A stretch of 64,000 bases of DNA from Balanoglossus misakiensis (Eukaryota > Animalia > Hemichordata): NCBI GenBank assembly GCA_040954595.2, contig JBECUI020000030.1, positions 248,001 to 312,000 of the forward strand, read 5' to 3'. Shown here one piece after another: positions 1-10,635 of this stretch. Position 1 is the stretch's first letter. Each line of letters starts with the position of its first letter. A program made the translations under genes and the position numbers. The notes under the pieces were generated by a model. The model made no database searches and was not told the DNA's origin. It worked only from the letters and a program-made list of their open reading frames with translations.

Positions 1-45
1 ACATACTTGAATCAGCAATAAAAATGATATGCTTTTTTTTCTCAT
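1..45 (-). CDS. 5' end of an exported protein running off the window edge
   Basis: ATG at 45 gives MRKKSISFLLLIQVC (signal-peptide-like), with purine-rich GGGGAAGA upstream. Confidence 0.5.
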   Translation of the reverse strand, partial: MRKKSISFLLLIQVC

Positions 46-184
46 GATATGTTCTTCCCCTTATTTAGGATACTCTTAAAAAATGAGTTATTTAAGTATA
101 ATAAGACTTAAATAATAATGTCAACGCTTTTCTAACAATACTTTTCTAAAGGCATTTCATACAATTAGAAAAAACATTCATGCC

Positions 185-213
185 TTGCCACTTTTTCAGA
201 TTTTTGATATAAC
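185..213 (+). promoter_or_regulatory. sigma70-like promoter for the hydrolase/carbonic anhydrase genes
   Basis: TTGCCA-17 bp-TATAAC with TG extended -10. Confidence 0.5.
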
Positions 214-275
214 GAATATATACAGCCCAACACAATTGGAAAGGAAAACATAGAAGTTAGGCAAGGAGAAATGCT

Positions 276-1031
276 ATGAAATACATTTTAACGATCTTTT
301 TTATATTGATTCTTTCATTTACTGCCAGTGCAGCCGGTGAGTCAATTACGTACGCAGTTGCCGGAGAATCTTACGAGGGATATTTTATCAGCCCTTCCTC
401 TAATGCTGGATTAGTGTTGCTTATTCATGATTGGGACGGTCTGACCGACTATGAAGTGAGGCGTGCCAACATGTTAGCTGATATGGGGTATGCAGTTTTT
501 GCAGCCGACCTCTTTGGTGCCGGTGTTCGGCCAACGGCGATAAAGGACAGACGTCAGCACACTGGTGAATTGTATAGCGACCGTGCTAAAATGCGCTCCT
601 TGATACAGGGTGCCCTGGAAGCTGCAAAAAACAAAGGCGCCAATATCAATAATACTGTGGTAATGGGATACTGCTTTGGTGGTGCTGCTGTTCTTGAGTT
701 CGCTCGCTCAGGTGCGGATATGAAAGGTTTTGTTACATTTCACGGTGGATTGGATACACCAACGGGGCAAGACTATTCCAAAACAAAGGGAAGCCTGTTG
801 GTTCTGCACGGCACAGCAGATAGTGCCATTTCCATGGATAGCTTTGCCCAGCTTGCCAAGGAATTGGAGGCAGAAGGTGTTTTGCACGAAATGATTACAT
901 ACAGCGGTGCGCCGCATGCCTTTACTGTCTTTGATTCCGATAGGTATAGAAAAGATGCGGACAAAAAATCCTGGCAACGTTTTTTAGATTTTCTTGACAA
1001 GACGCTCAACAGACCACCTGCACCCAACTAG
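276..1031 (+). CDS. dienelactone hydrolase family protein, exported
   Basis: Signal peptide; HDWDG, GYCFGG nucleophile motif, HGTAD, HAF; AGGAG RBS. Confidence 0.9.
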   Translation: MKYILTIFFILILSFTASAAGESITYAVAGESYEGYFISPSSNAGLVLLIHDWDGLTDYEVRRANMLADMGYAVFAADLFGAGVRPTAIKDRRQHTGELYSDRAKMRSLIQGALEAAKNKGANINNTVVMGYCFGGAAVLEFARSGADMKGFVTFHGGLDTPTGQDYSKTKGSLLVLHGTADSAISMDSFAQLAKELEAEGVLHEMITYSGAPHAFTVFDSDRYRKDADKKSWQRFLDFLDKTLNRPPAPN

Positions 1032-1046
1032 GGAGTACATACATTG

Positions 1047-1757
1047 ATGCAGGACAAGACAGACAACAAGGTAACAACAGGCGGCACAATGCTTTGGACC
1101 TACTGTGGGGACAGTGGCCCGAAATACTGGGCAGAGTTGTCTCCGGATTTTAAGGATTGTGCCGGCAAGAGTCAGTCCCCGGTGGATATACGCAATGCCC
1201 AGAAGAACCCGAAACTGACTGCCATCACTCTGCAGTATGGAAGCGTGCAGGTCAGGCTCAGGCGACACCACCATACGGTACAGGCCGACCTTATCTCGGA
1301 TGCTGCACTCATAGCAGATGGCAAACACTACGAGCTCCTGCAGTTTCATTTTCATGCACAGAGCGAGCATACCCTGAATGGGGAGCATTGTCCTGTAGAG
1401 CTACATTTTGTGCACCGGCATGCAGACGGGCAGCTTGCTGTTGTTGCAGTTTTAATAAAGCTGGGGAACCCGGCACAAGCACTGGATACCATATTGGCGA
1501 ACATCCCAACGGAGCAAGATCAGAGTGATGTCATTATGCTCCCTGTGCTGGAAGAGTTGTATCCGGCAAGTCCTGCCTATTATACTTATGGTGGCTCGCT
1601 TACTACACCGCCTTGTACCGAAGGGGTGCGCTGGTTTATTATGCAGGAAGCACTGCAGGCATCAGAAGAGCAGATAGAAAGCATAGCAGGGTGTCTGGCT
1701 GGAAATCACCGCCCGGTGCAGTCTTTGCATGAGCGCGTAATCTACGTCTATCCGTAA
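1047..1757 (+). CDS. cah: alpha-class carbonic anhydrase
   Basis: QSPVDI, QFHFHAQSEH and ELHFVH zinc ligands, GSLTTPPCTEGVRW. Confidence 0.92.
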   Translation: MQDKTDNKVTTGGTMLWTYCGDSGPKYWAELSPDFKDCAGKSQSPVDIRNAQKNPKLTAITLQYGSVQVRLRRHHHTVQADLISDAALIADGKHYELLQFHFHAQSEHTLNGEHCPVELHFVHRHADGQLAVVAVLIKLGNPAQALDTILANIPTEQDQSDVIMLPVLEELYPASPAYYTYGGSLTTPPCTEGVRWFIMQEALQASEEQIESIAGCLAGNHRPVQSLHERVIYVYP

Positions 1758-1800
1758 ATCTATGGTGTCTTATTTCCTACAATGCAGCAGGATCCCTACC

Positions 1801-2826
1801 CTAGTCCTCTTTCCAATGTTCTGTAATAGAAGGTGGTGATTGGGGCGTCTTGTTTTGCTCCATTTGCTTCTGCCAATAAGCAAGACCTTCTGCCAGAGCA
1901 TGGGCTTCTTGGTCGAGCCCACGTTTTTTTGCTCCTGCCAGACAGATGGTATATTTGCGGCATAGTTCGACAATGCCTGCCTGTCGTTGTGGCGCACTGA
2001 GAATTCTATGGGATCGTCCGGATTGCAGAAGTTTTTCCAGAGCATGAAGACGGAATAATTCGATCTTGCCGTACAGATGAGAAAGTTGCGTGGTCGCCGC
2101 CGGAATAGAGTCGCGCTTGGCAATGAGGGGGTTATCGATGTATGCCACCGGATGCAAAGCAATAATTCGCAAAAAGTATTCGTAGTCTTCGGCAATTTTG
2201 ATCTTCGGGTGGAAATAGCCCGATCTTTGTAAGACATCACGGTGAAAAAGTAGGGTGGAAGGACCCATAATGCATTTACGCAAGGCATGGTGCCAAAGCT
2301 CGGCAGGGTTCCCCTCGCGGGTATAATTTTGGTTTTTTTGTGATATAACTTTGGGGTTACTTGCAGCCCTTGTAAAACGGAGCCAGTCCTCTCGGGAGTG
2401 AACGACCAGGCAGTTCGTTTCCATTGCTCGTTGCCATTGGCGGGCAAGTTTATCGGGATACCAAAGGTCGTCGCTGTCCAAAAAAGCAAGCCAGGGGCTT
2501 TGTGCCTGTACCATGCCGATATTCCGTACAGCTCCGGGCATTCCCAGATGCCGTTTGAGCCGTTGCAGTTGGAGTCTATCTTTGAGTTGAGGAAACTCTT
2601 CCGTCAGTTCCGCACAGTATTGCTGCAATGTTCGGAAATACCCTCCTGCTTCCGAATGATCTTCCGTATGGTCGGAGTTGTCGTCCAGAAGCAGAATTTC
2701 CTGAGGCCAATGACTTTGCCTGCACACCGAATGGAGTGCCTCGGCACTGAGTTTAGGCCTGCGGTAACTGGGAATAATAACACTTACAGGGAGTATGACA
2801 CTCTGTTTATGCCGCATATGCATCAC
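1801..2826 (-). CDS. glycosyltransferase family 2
   Basis: SVIIPSY, LLDDNS, RNIG, AFLDSDDLW (DxD), EDYEY. Confidence 0.85.
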   Translation of the reverse strand: MMHMRHKQSVILPVSVIIPSYRRPKLSAEALHSVCRQSHWPQEILLLDDNSDHTEDHSEAGGYFRTLQQYCAELTEEFPQLKDRLQLQRLKRHLGMPGAVRNIGMVQAQSPWLAFLDSDDLWYPDKLARQWQRAMETNCLVVHSREDWLRFTRAASNPKVISQKNQNYTREGNPAELWHHALRKCIMGPSTLLFHRDVLQRSGYFHPKIKIAEDYEYFLRIIALHPVAYIDNPLIAKRDSIPAATTQLSHLYGKIELFRLHALEKLLQSGRSHRILSAPQRQAGIVELCRKYTICLAGAKKRGLDQEAHALAEGLAYWQKQMEQNKTPQSPPSITEHWKED

Positions 2827-2847
2827 CCTGTTTCACTTTTATCTTTT

Positions 2848-3066
2848 CTAATAAACACTAAAAATAAAAACATCTTCCAGATTTGTGTTCAATGCTTGTG
2901 CAATTAAGAATGCCAACTCCAAGGATGGAAAATATTTTACATTTTCAATTGCAATTACTGTTTGTCGCGAAACACCGATTGCGTCTGCAAGCTCCTGCTG
3001 TGTCATTTCGTTGTTATTAAAACGAAGTTTTCTTATATTATTACGGATGTTTACTCTTTTGTGCAT
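2848..3066 (-). CDS. XRE/Cro-family HTH transcriptional regulator
   Basis: MTQQELADAIGVSRQTVIAIE...PSLELAFLIA. Confidence 0.9.
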   Translation of the reverse strand: MHKRVNIRNNIRKLRFNNNEMTQQELADAIGVSRQTVIAIENVKYFPSLELAFLIAQALNTNLEDVFIFSVY

Positions 3067-3512
3067 ATCCGTCCCTTTCTATAAAGGAGCAGGCTGATAA
3101 TCTCACCCGTTACCGATCCTAGGTGACAAGAAAGGATAATAAGAAAAAAGATTAGATACGGAGCAGTTCCAAATGCGAGAAAGACCATTGAAATAACAAA
3201 GCCAAGGCAAAAAACATAAAACGATATTCTTGTTCCGTACGATTTAATGTGTTTATCTCTTTCATCTTCTTGAGTATCTTCCTTCTTCTGCTTCAAAATG
3301 GCTGTAATGATTGCAGTAAGAATACTTACCACGATAGTTGCCGCGACACTTATTCCAATAAGTACTAAAAAACTTCTCCCCACAAACATGCTTGCTTCAG
3401 GGTCCGATATGGTACCAGCAAGCAAGATCGGCACCATATAGATGCAATATCCTACAAAAACAATAATAGAAGTCGTTAATGTAACAACTACATTTTTCTC
3501 TTGATATGACAT
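3051..3512 (-). CDS. membrane protein (DUF2178-like) paired with the XRE regulator
   Basis: Four hydrophobic segments, DERD motif; GGAGG RBS favours start 3512 (MSYQEK) over 3575. Confidence 0.7.
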   Translation of the reverse strand: MSYQEKNVVVTLTTSIIVFVGYCIYMVPILLAGTISDPEASMFVGRSFLVLIGISVAATIVVSILTAIITAILKQKKEDTQEDERDKHIKSYGTRISFYVFCLGFVISMVFLAFGTAPYLIFFLIILSCHLGSVTGEIISLLLYRKGRICTKE

Positions 3513-3546
3513 AACAATATCCTCCTCTGCCATATAATATGGGTTT

Positions 3547-3629
3547 ATTGTATAGCATGGCGAATAATGTGTCAAGTATTTTTTACAATATGTTAAAAAT
3601 AATTTTCAATTTGTTAAATATTTTTTACT
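3547..3629 (-). promoter_or_regulatory. promoter plus three tandem operator-like palindromes
   Basis: TTGACA-17-TACAAT on the - strand; related 18-mers at 3570, 3591 and 3612. Confidence 0.6.
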
Positions 3630-3651
3630 AATTACTGTTCTGAGGAAAGAA

Positions 3652-3957
3652 TTAGTTTTTATTTACAATATCCAGTATTTTTTGTCCGCATTCATTTTCT
3701 ATATTCATAATGCTATTGACAGTCAAGATCTTCGAGTCTTGCACCTTTTGTTTTTTAATTTCCTCTGCGAGATGAGCCTGACATACTATAATATCATAGT
3801 TACTTACAAGATTTTTTGCCTCTTCAAAAGCATAACTTTCTACCTGAACATGCCCGGCATTGTTTTCCTCCAAGAAGCGTTTAACCTTAATCTTCATCAT
3901 TACGCTGGTTCCCATTCCTGCACCACATACTATTAATAATTTTATATCATTCTTCAT
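3652..3957 (-). CDS. PTS EIIB component (lactose/ascorbate/galactitol type), orphan
   Basis: LIVCGAGMGTSVM phosphorylation loop. Confidence 0.85.
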   Translation of the reverse strand: MKNDIKLLIVCGAGMGTSVMMKIKVKRFLEENNAGHVQVESYAFEEAKNLVSNYDIIVCQAHLAEEIKKQKVQDSKILTVNSIMNIENECGQKILDIVNKN

Positions 3958-4159
3958 GATTGTGCTCCTGTTCTAATGGTATAGACAAGGAATAAAAAAT
4001 ATATGTTGTCTATACTTGCTTTATTATACATTTTTATTACAAGATGGTTCAAACAGTTTTTTTTCTTGTCAGATGGAATGAGAACCTTTATGCTGATCTT
4101 GTTTTCATTGTTCATACCGTGTACAATATACTTTAGATCATTTCCTGAGAGGTAATAGT

Positions 4160-5280
4160 ATGAAAAAAATTCCTTATGCAATGATAGGTGGCGGTGAAAA
4201 ATCTTTTACAGGTCCTGTCCATAGAATATCTGCACGGCTTGATGGGTTATTTGAGTTAAAAGCAGGTGTATTCAGTTCAAAAAAAGAAACCTCCCTTAAG
4301 AGGGGGAAGGGATTGGGGATTGACCCGGCAAGAATTTACGCAAGCTGTGAAGAATGCTTTGAGAAAGAAAAAAACGGGAAGATGCGGTAAAACTTGTTAG
4401 CATTATTACTCCTACCCGGTTTCATTACGACATGGCAAAACTTGCTGTTTCCTCTGGGTTTCATGTCATGTGTGAAAAGCCACTTACGATAACCCTAGCC
4501 GAAGCGGAGGAACTGGAAAAGTTAGTAAAGAAACATAAGAACGTTTTTGCAATTACCCATACCTATTCAGGATATCCCATGATTCATCAGGCAAAGGGGA
4601 TGGTAAAAAAAGGGATCTTGGGGAAGATCCGTGTTGCCTCGGTTGAGTATCCGCAAGGATGGTTGGCAACAAAGATTGAGGAACACGTCGAGGCGGCACA
4701 GTGGCGAACTGATGCCAGTCATGCTCCGTATTGTTGTCTAGGGGATATCGGTACTCATGCCTTTCACCTTGTGCATTTTGTAACCGGGCTTGAGGCGAAA
4801 GAGTTGTGTGCAGATGTTTCTTCTTTGGTTGAAGGAAGGAAGGTTGATGACAACGTTCACGTCATGTTGCGGTTTACGAATGGGGCACGCGGGTTGCTCT
4901 GGGCGTCGCAGGTTGCAGTAGGCTGCGAAAATCCGTTCAAGTTGCGGGTGTATGGGGAAAAAGGCGGGTTAGAATGGCGACAGGATAAACCCAATATTCT
5001 GTATCATTCTTCATTAGGGAAACCGACTCGGATACTCACGCGAAATGGAGATGGGTACAGTGGTCCCAAGCGATTAGTACGGGTTGCAGCAGGACATCCG
5101 GAAGGATATTTTGAAGCATCCGCAAACTTATACGCACTCACCGCTGAGGCAATACATGCCCATGAGGCTTCTCGGTCTATTGCGATTGATCTACCGGGCA
5201 TAGAGGATGGGGTACTGGGCATGCGCTTTGTAGATCGAGCTCTCAAATCCAGTAAAACAGGTGGATGGGTGGCATTTTAG
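4160..5280 (+). CDS. Gfo/Idh/MocA oxidoreductase, frameshifted at the A-run near 4370
   Basis: MIGGGEKSFTGPVHR N-terminus; CEKP, GDIGTH, AGHPEGY; one extra A joins the two ORFs. Confidence 0.85.
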
Positions 5281-5369
5281 TTCAGACCGATAGGGAGTAT
5301 TAATCAGGGGGCTGTGTACAACATCTTATGGTTCTGCCTTGCTGCTTTGTTCGTAGCACTTGCAAATAA

Positions 5370-6284
5370 TTACAATGCGGCATATGCCACCGCTATCTCC
5401 GTAGCCAGACGGGCATTGTTATATACTAATTCCTTATTAGCAGCAAGACTCTTGCCTCCCGTTTGTGCATGGAGTCGTGCAAGGATAGCAGGTGTAATAT
5501 CCTTGCCTGCAATTCCGTCTTGTTCGACAGTTGCTATTGCTTCATCTATAATACCGGAGATATAGTCTGAATCCATTTCGTATTCTTTCGGAATCGGGTT
5601 TGCAATAACCATCCCCCCGTTGAGCCCGAGGTCCCATTTAGTTTTCAGTGCAGTGGCAATATTAGTTGGAGTATCAACCCTATAATCTGTCTGGAAGCCG
5701 CTTGTGCCGGTATAAAAGGCTGGGAAAGAATTAGTTTGGTATCCGACAACAGGCACCCCCTGGGTTTCAAGATATTGGAGAGTGCGACCGATATCAAGGA
5801 TGGATTTTGCCCCTGCACAAACAACCCCGACATTGGTGTTTGCCAATTCTTGTAAATCGGCGGACACATCCATAGTATCCTGTCCTTTTCTATGTACTCC
5901 GCCAATACCACCGGTCGCAAATATATGTATCCCCGCACGATTCGCACAGAACATTGTTGTTGCTACCGTTGTTGCCCCGTCCAGTCCCATGCTTATAATC
6001 ATAGCCATGTCTCTTCGGCTGGCTTTTGCAATGGCGGAATTGCTTCCCATGTAATCGAGTTCTTTGTCTGAAAGTCCGATCTTAATTTTTCCCTGTATAA
6101 TGGCAATCGTAGCCGGAATGCCACCCGATTGTCGAACAATGTTTTCAGTGTGAAGGGCACTAAAAACATTTTCGGGATACGGCATACCATGGGAAATAAT
6201 TGTCGACTCTAGGGCAACTATCGGAATATTGTTGTTTATTGCTTCTTGAACTTCATTATGTATATGCATATATTTTTCTATCAT
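5370..6284 (-). CDS. psuG: pseudouridine-5'-phosphate glycosidase
   Basis: VALESTIISHGMPYP, GATTVA, FATGGIGGVHR, SADL, GAKSILD, GKDITP. Confidence 0.95.
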   Translation of the reverse strand: MIEKYMHIHNEVQEAINNNIPIVALESTIISHGMPYPENVFSALHTENIVRQSGGIPATIAIIQGKIKIGLSDKELDYMGSNSAIAKASRRDMAMIISMGLDGATTVATTMFCANRAGIHIFATGGIGGVHRKGQDTMDVSADLQELANTNVGVVCAGAKSILDIGRTLQYLETQGVPVVGYQTNSFPAFYTGTSGFQTDYRVDTPTNIATALKTKWDLGLNGGMVIANPIPKEYEMDSDYISGIIDEAIATVEQDGIAGKDITPAILARLHAQTGGKSLAANKELVYNNARLATEIAVAYAAL

Positions 6285-7201
6285 GGTAGTTGTTCCTTTA
6301 TAATTGATTCAATGTTTTTCATGTTCATTTCCAACGATACGGTATCTATACTATTGAGAGTGAGTATTGAGGCAGCAGATGCAACCCGTACGGACTTGTC
6401 TATTGAATAGTTTTTCAGAAAACTGAAGATAAGTCCAGCCATAAAGGCATCGCCTGCACCTGTTGCATTAACAACTTTTGTACGAGGGGGTACCAATGAA
6501 ATAGTCTTCGTGCGATCTCTGTAATAGACACCATCCGCTCCTAGAGTAATACAGAGGCGGTGGAGCCCTTGATCAAGAAAATACAAGGATGCCGACTCTA
6601 AGTCGGTAGTATTACTGATAACCCGATTAGATAAAAACTCCGCTTCGCGTTTATTTGTCTTGAGAGTATGAATGATGCTAAGACGGTTTTTAATTTTTTT
6701 TGCTTTTCCGACTGAAACGGAATCGATAAAAAGAGGGATATTGCAAAACTCTGTTCCAATGAAATGAATGGTTTCTTCAGGCAAACAGGTATCAAGGACA
6801 ATTATGTCCGCTGTCCGTATTACCTCCGCCTTTGTGCGGATAAACTCTACCTGCAGTTCATCTGTAATAGTCATATCCGATAATGCGAGTGCCATATCAC
6901 CGGACTTATCCATGATTGCTATGTACAATGACGAAGCACGGTTTTCCAGAATGAGCGAATGAGTTGTATCAACACCAACATTGTAACAATGATCACGGAT
7001 TGCCTGTCCGTATGTATCATCCCCTATGGCAGATATAAGCTGAGTACGAACACCAAGTCCTGCCAAGTTTTCTGCAATATTTCTGCAAACACCCCCCATA
7101 CAAGAACGAATGGTTCCGGGGTTAGAGTCCTGTTGGATAATATTGTTTGTTGAAAATCCTTGTATATCGTAATTCGCAGCACCAATTAAGCAAACCAACA
7201 T
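6281..7201 (-). CDS. psuK: PfkB-family kinase, probable pseudouridine kinase
   Basis: GGVCRNIAENL, NATGAGDAFMAG; 4-bp overlap with psuG. Confidence 0.85.
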   Translation of the reverse strand: MLVCLIGAANYDIQGFSTNNIIQQDSNPGTIRSCMGGVCRNIAENLAGLGVRTQLISAIGDDTYGQAIRDHCYNVGVDTTHSLILENRASSLYIAIMDKSGDMALALSDMTITDELQVEFIRTKAEVIRTADIIVLDTCLPEETIHFIGTEFCNIPLFIDSVSVGKAKKIKNRLSIIHTLKTNKREAEFLSNRVISNTTDLESASLYFLDQGLHRLCITLGADGVYYRDRTKTISLVPPRTKVVNATGAGDAFMAGLIFSFLKNYSIDKSVRVASAASILTLNSIDTVSLEMNMKNIESIIKEQLP

Positions 7202-7237
7202 CCCCTCCTATGAATCTACACCTTGTGAGTAATTATG

Positions 7238-8026
7238 CTATATGTTCTTCCAAAGTTCCGTTATTCTATCCAAAGAAATATCCGAATCGGATTCAGGTAT
7301 ATACTCAAATCCAACATAACCGGCATATCCTTGCCGGGCTAATTCATGTAGCAGAGCTGCCCAGTCCGCCGTTCCCGTCCCCGGTTCATGTCTACCCGGA
7401 AAATCAGCAATATGCACATGCCCGATATACGAGGCATAGTCTCGCGCTATATCCGTAATAGATACCCCCATCATTCCTATATGATAAAAATCGCATAATA
7501 CTTTTACACGGGAATCATGTACTGCGTCTACGATAGATACGGCATCTTTCATATTATCTAGCCAATATCCCTTATGGTCAAGAACTGTGTTTAATGGTTC
7601 CAAAACAATACTTGTATTTGCATCTACCCTCTTAGTAATTTCTTGTAATGCAGTAATAGTATTATTCTTCTTGTCCTGATCTGATATTTCAGGATAGGCA
7701 TTAATGACAGTTCCGTCATCGTTGAGGGCATTAGTCAAAAACATCAAGCATGATGTACCGAGTGTATCAGCCACTTTTTTTGTAGCATGTAAATCATCAT
7801 ACAATATGCTCGCGGTTTCCCTGCATATTAATGATCCCGTTCGGTGGCCACTCATATTGACGACCCGTATCCCTGTTTCTTCACATGCTCTTTGTATTGC
7901 AGGAATATTTTTATTTCGCCATCCCCACAATTCGACAAAAGAAAATCCTTTATCAGCAATTCTTTTTATTTTTTCTTCGGGTGCAAGCCCCTCATACAAA
8001 CATTCAATACAGATTGATGGCTTCAT
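7238..8026 (-). CDS. hydroxypyruvate isomerase-like TIM-barrel protein
   Basis: LEPLN, DFYH, HVHIADFPGRHEPGTG, GFEY. Confidence 0.85.
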   Translation of the reverse strand: MKPSICIECLYEGLAPEEKIKRIADKGFSFVELWGWRNKNIPAIQRACEETGIRVVNMSGHRTGSLICRETASILYDDLHATKKVADTLGTSCLMFLTNALNDDGTVINAYPEISDQDKKNNTITALQEITKRVDANTSIVLEPLNTVLDHKGYWLDNMKDAVSIVDAVHDSRVKVLCDFYHIGMMGVSITDIARDYASYIGHVHIADFPGRHEPGTGTADWAALLHELARQGYAGYVGFEYIPESDSDISLDRITELWKNI

Positions 8027-8062
8027 AGGTCTTCTTCTTTATTATCCTAATAATTTCAATAT

Positions 8063-9034
8063 TTACTTATTCATACTTAGTCTTCGTGATTTTGCCTCAG
8101 CATTTGTCCGCAAAACATCAATAAAGACTGCGAGAATAATAACTGAACCAATAGCTACTAATTGCATGTCCCCCGAAGTTCCCAGTAAGTTTAGCCCGTT
8201 TCTCATAACGGCGATAATCAATGCACCAATCAATGTTCCCCAAATCGTTCCCTTCCCACCAAAAAATGATGCACCACCAATAATACAAGCAGCAATTGCA
8301 TCGAGATCGAATGTTTGCCCGGCAAGTGGAAAAGCGGCATTAACCCGCCCAATAAGAATTATCCCTGCAAAAGCAACCATAAATCCGCATAATGCATATA
8401 CGAAGGTAAGGATCTTATTCACATTTAATCCGGATAATCTAGCTGCTTCCGCATTCCCGCCAACAGCGTAAATACTTCTTCCCAATGCTGTTTTATTTAA
8501 GAAAATATGGAATAGGGTGTACATTATAAGCACAATAACAAAACTAACAGGAAAGCCCCCGACACTACTACCGCCGATAAATTGTATTTCTTTTGGAAAG
8601 CCGGTAATAGGTGATGCCCCTGTAATTATTAATGCCAATCCCCGTGCCAAGTTCCTCATTCCCAATGTAGAAATAAACGGGTGTGGGAGTTTCAACTTGG
8701 TTAACATAATACCGTTCAAAAAACCAGCAGCTGTGCCGGTTGCCATCCCCGCAATGATAATAATCCATACATTTACATCGAGATTAAGCAACACTCCCAT
8801 AACACAGATTGATAGGGCTGTAACCGACCCAACTGAAAGATCGATACCCCCGGTCAAAATTACCACCAGCATACCTGCGGCTATCACGCTGTTTATTGCC
8901 GTCTGTCTCAAAATGTTCGTAATATTGGAATATGTCAGAAAATTATCACTTACCAGTGATAAAATTATTGACATAAATATTAATGCTAAAAATGGTCCCA
9001 GCTTAAAGAATAATTTGTTAATATTTTTATTCAT
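8063..9034 (-). CDS. ribose-type sugar ABC transporter permease
   Basis: TGGIDLSVG, AVGGNAEAARLSG, LDAIAACIIGGAS; likely start MNKNINK. Confidence 0.9.
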   Translation of the reverse strand: MNKNINKLFFKLGPFLALIFMSIILSLVSDNFLTYSNITNILRQTAINSVIAAGMLVVILTGGIDLSVGSVTALSICVMGVLLNLDVNVWIIIIAGMATGTAAGFLNGIMLTKLKLPHPFISTLGMRNLARGLALIITGASPITGFPKEIQFIGGSSVGGFPVSFVIVLIMYTLFHIFLNKTALGRSIYAVGGNAEAARLSGLNVNKILTFVYALCGFMVAFAGIILIGRVNAAFPLAGQTFDLDAIAACIIGGASFFGGKGTIWGTLIGALIIAVMRNGLNLLGTSGDMQLVAIGSVIILAVFIDVLRTNAEAKSRRLSMNK

Positions 9035-10541
9035 GTATCGTTCTCCCCCAAGCAGCATGCATAATATCTTCTTCGTTGAAATGTGAACTGCATCGTTCAA
9101 TATCTGCCGTAATCTTGCCATTTCGCAATACAATTACCCGGTCGCTTATACCAAGTATCTCAGGTAATTCCGACGATATCATAACAATCGCTTTCCCCTG
9201 CCTGGCTAATTGTTCCATTAAGGAATACACTTCCACTTTGGCACCTACATCGATACCCCGTGTCGGTTCATCAAAGATATATACTTCGGCATCGGTATTC
9301 AGCCATTTCCCAATAACGACCTTTTGTTGATTGCCGCCACTGAGCTGGCTAACGCCCGTATCAGCAGATGGTGTTTTGATCCTCAGTGATGAAATATTAT
9401 GCTGAGTAGTTTTTTGCACTTTCTTTTCATCAATAAATAATAATTTTTTCATCTTATTCAGACAGGTAACCATAAGATTAAACAAGACCGTATTATTTAA
9501 GATTAATCCCTGTCCTTTTCTATCTTCTGTCAGAAATGCAAAGCCAAGTTTCTTAGCATCCTGAGGGTGTCTAATAGTAATTTCTTTCCCATAAAGATAG
9601 ATATTCCCACTATCTATTTCATCAGCCCCAAAAATACCTCGAAACAGTTCTGTTCTTCCTGCTCCTATCAATCCGGCGAAGCCAAGTATTTCCCCTTTTT
9701 TCACCGAAAAACTGATGTCGGAATACACTCCTGCCCGTGAAAAATTTTCTATCCTTAGTACCTCATCCCCAATAGGAACAATTTCTTTAGGATACAGTTG
9801 CTCCACCCGTCGACCAACCATGCTGGTAATAAGTAAATCATGCGTCATTTCGGAAACAGGGCTACTAACAATATGTTCTCCATCGCGCAACACCGTTACT
9901 ACATCGCATAATTCAAAAATTTCTTCAATTTTATGCGATACAAAAACAATTCCTATCCCCTTACGTTTGAGGTTATTCACTGTTTTGAATAACTCATGTA
10001 TTTCATTCTCACTTAAACTCGAAGTAGGTTCATCCATGACAAGTAATTTTACATCCGTTGAAATTGCTTTTGCTATTTCAACCATTTGTTGATGTCCCAT
10101 GCCTAACTTATCAATGGTAAGATGCACATCAACATTTTGTCCCAAAGATTGCATTAATTGTCTTGCTCGTTCATGCATTGTTTCATAATCAAGTAAGCCA
10201 TTTTTCTTCTTTATGTATTTTCCTAAAAATATATTGTCTGTAATTGATAATTGCGGAACAACATTCAGTTCTTGATAAATACATCTAATTCCACAGAGCA
10301 TGGATGCACTGGGTGATGAAAACTTTGTCAGCTTTCCCGCGATGCGGATTTCTCCTCCATCAGTTTGATGAATCCCCGTTAAAATTTTTATTAATGTTGA
10401 TTTCCCGGCACCGTTTTCTCCAATAAGCCCGTGTACCTTGCCTAAACTGAATATTATGCTCAAATCTTTTAACGCATGGACACCGGGAAATATCTTATCA
10501 ACATGTTTTAATTCAATAAAATGTTCGTCCATACTTACCAT
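9027..10541 (-). CDS. sugar ABC transporter ATP-binding protein (RbsA/MglA type)
   Basis: GENGAGKS, MDEPT, LSGGNQQK, DEPTRGIDVGAK. Confidence 0.95.
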   Translation of the reverse strand: MVSMDEHFIELKHVDKIFPGVHALKDLSIIFSLGKVHGLIGENGAGKSTLIKILTGIHQTDGGEIRIAGKLTKFSSPSASMLCGIRCIYQELNVVPQLSITDNIFLGKYIKKKNGLLDYETMHERARQLMQSLGQNVDVHLTIDKLGMGHQQMVEIAKAISTDVKLLVMDEPTSSLSENEIHELFKTVNNLKRKGIGIVFVSHKIEEIFELCDVVTVLRDGEHIVSSPVSEMTHDLLITSMVGRRVEQLYPKEIVPIGDEVLRIENFSRAGVYSDISFSVKKGEILGFAGLIGAGRTELFRGIFGADEIDSGNIYLYGKEITIRHPQDAKKLGFAFLTEDRKGQGLILNNTVLFNLMVTCLNKMKKLLFIDEKKVQKTTQHNISSLRIKTPSADTGVSQLSGGNQQKVVIGKWLNTDAEVYIFDEPTRGIDVGAKVEVYSLMEQLARQGKAIVMISSELPEILGISDRVIVLRNGKITADIERCSSHFNEEDIMHAAWGRTIHE

Positions 10542-10554
10542 CCCTCATGACACA

Positions 10555-10620
10555 AAAAAACCTGTTGCCATACCTTAAATATACGATATACGTTAAAGCA
10601 ATTAGACCAACAGGTTTTTT
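10555..10620 (-). other. intercistronic stem-loop after the binding-protein gene
   Basis: 13-bp perfect inverted repeat AAAAAACCTGTTG (10555-10567) / CAACAGGTTTTTT (10608-10620). Confidence 0.6.
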
Positions 10621-10635
10621 ATAAGAATAATTATA

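Noticed and set aside
1770-2489. 239-aa ORF overlapping the GT2 gene
   Set aside because: Alternate frame of a well-supported gene; no recognisable motifs
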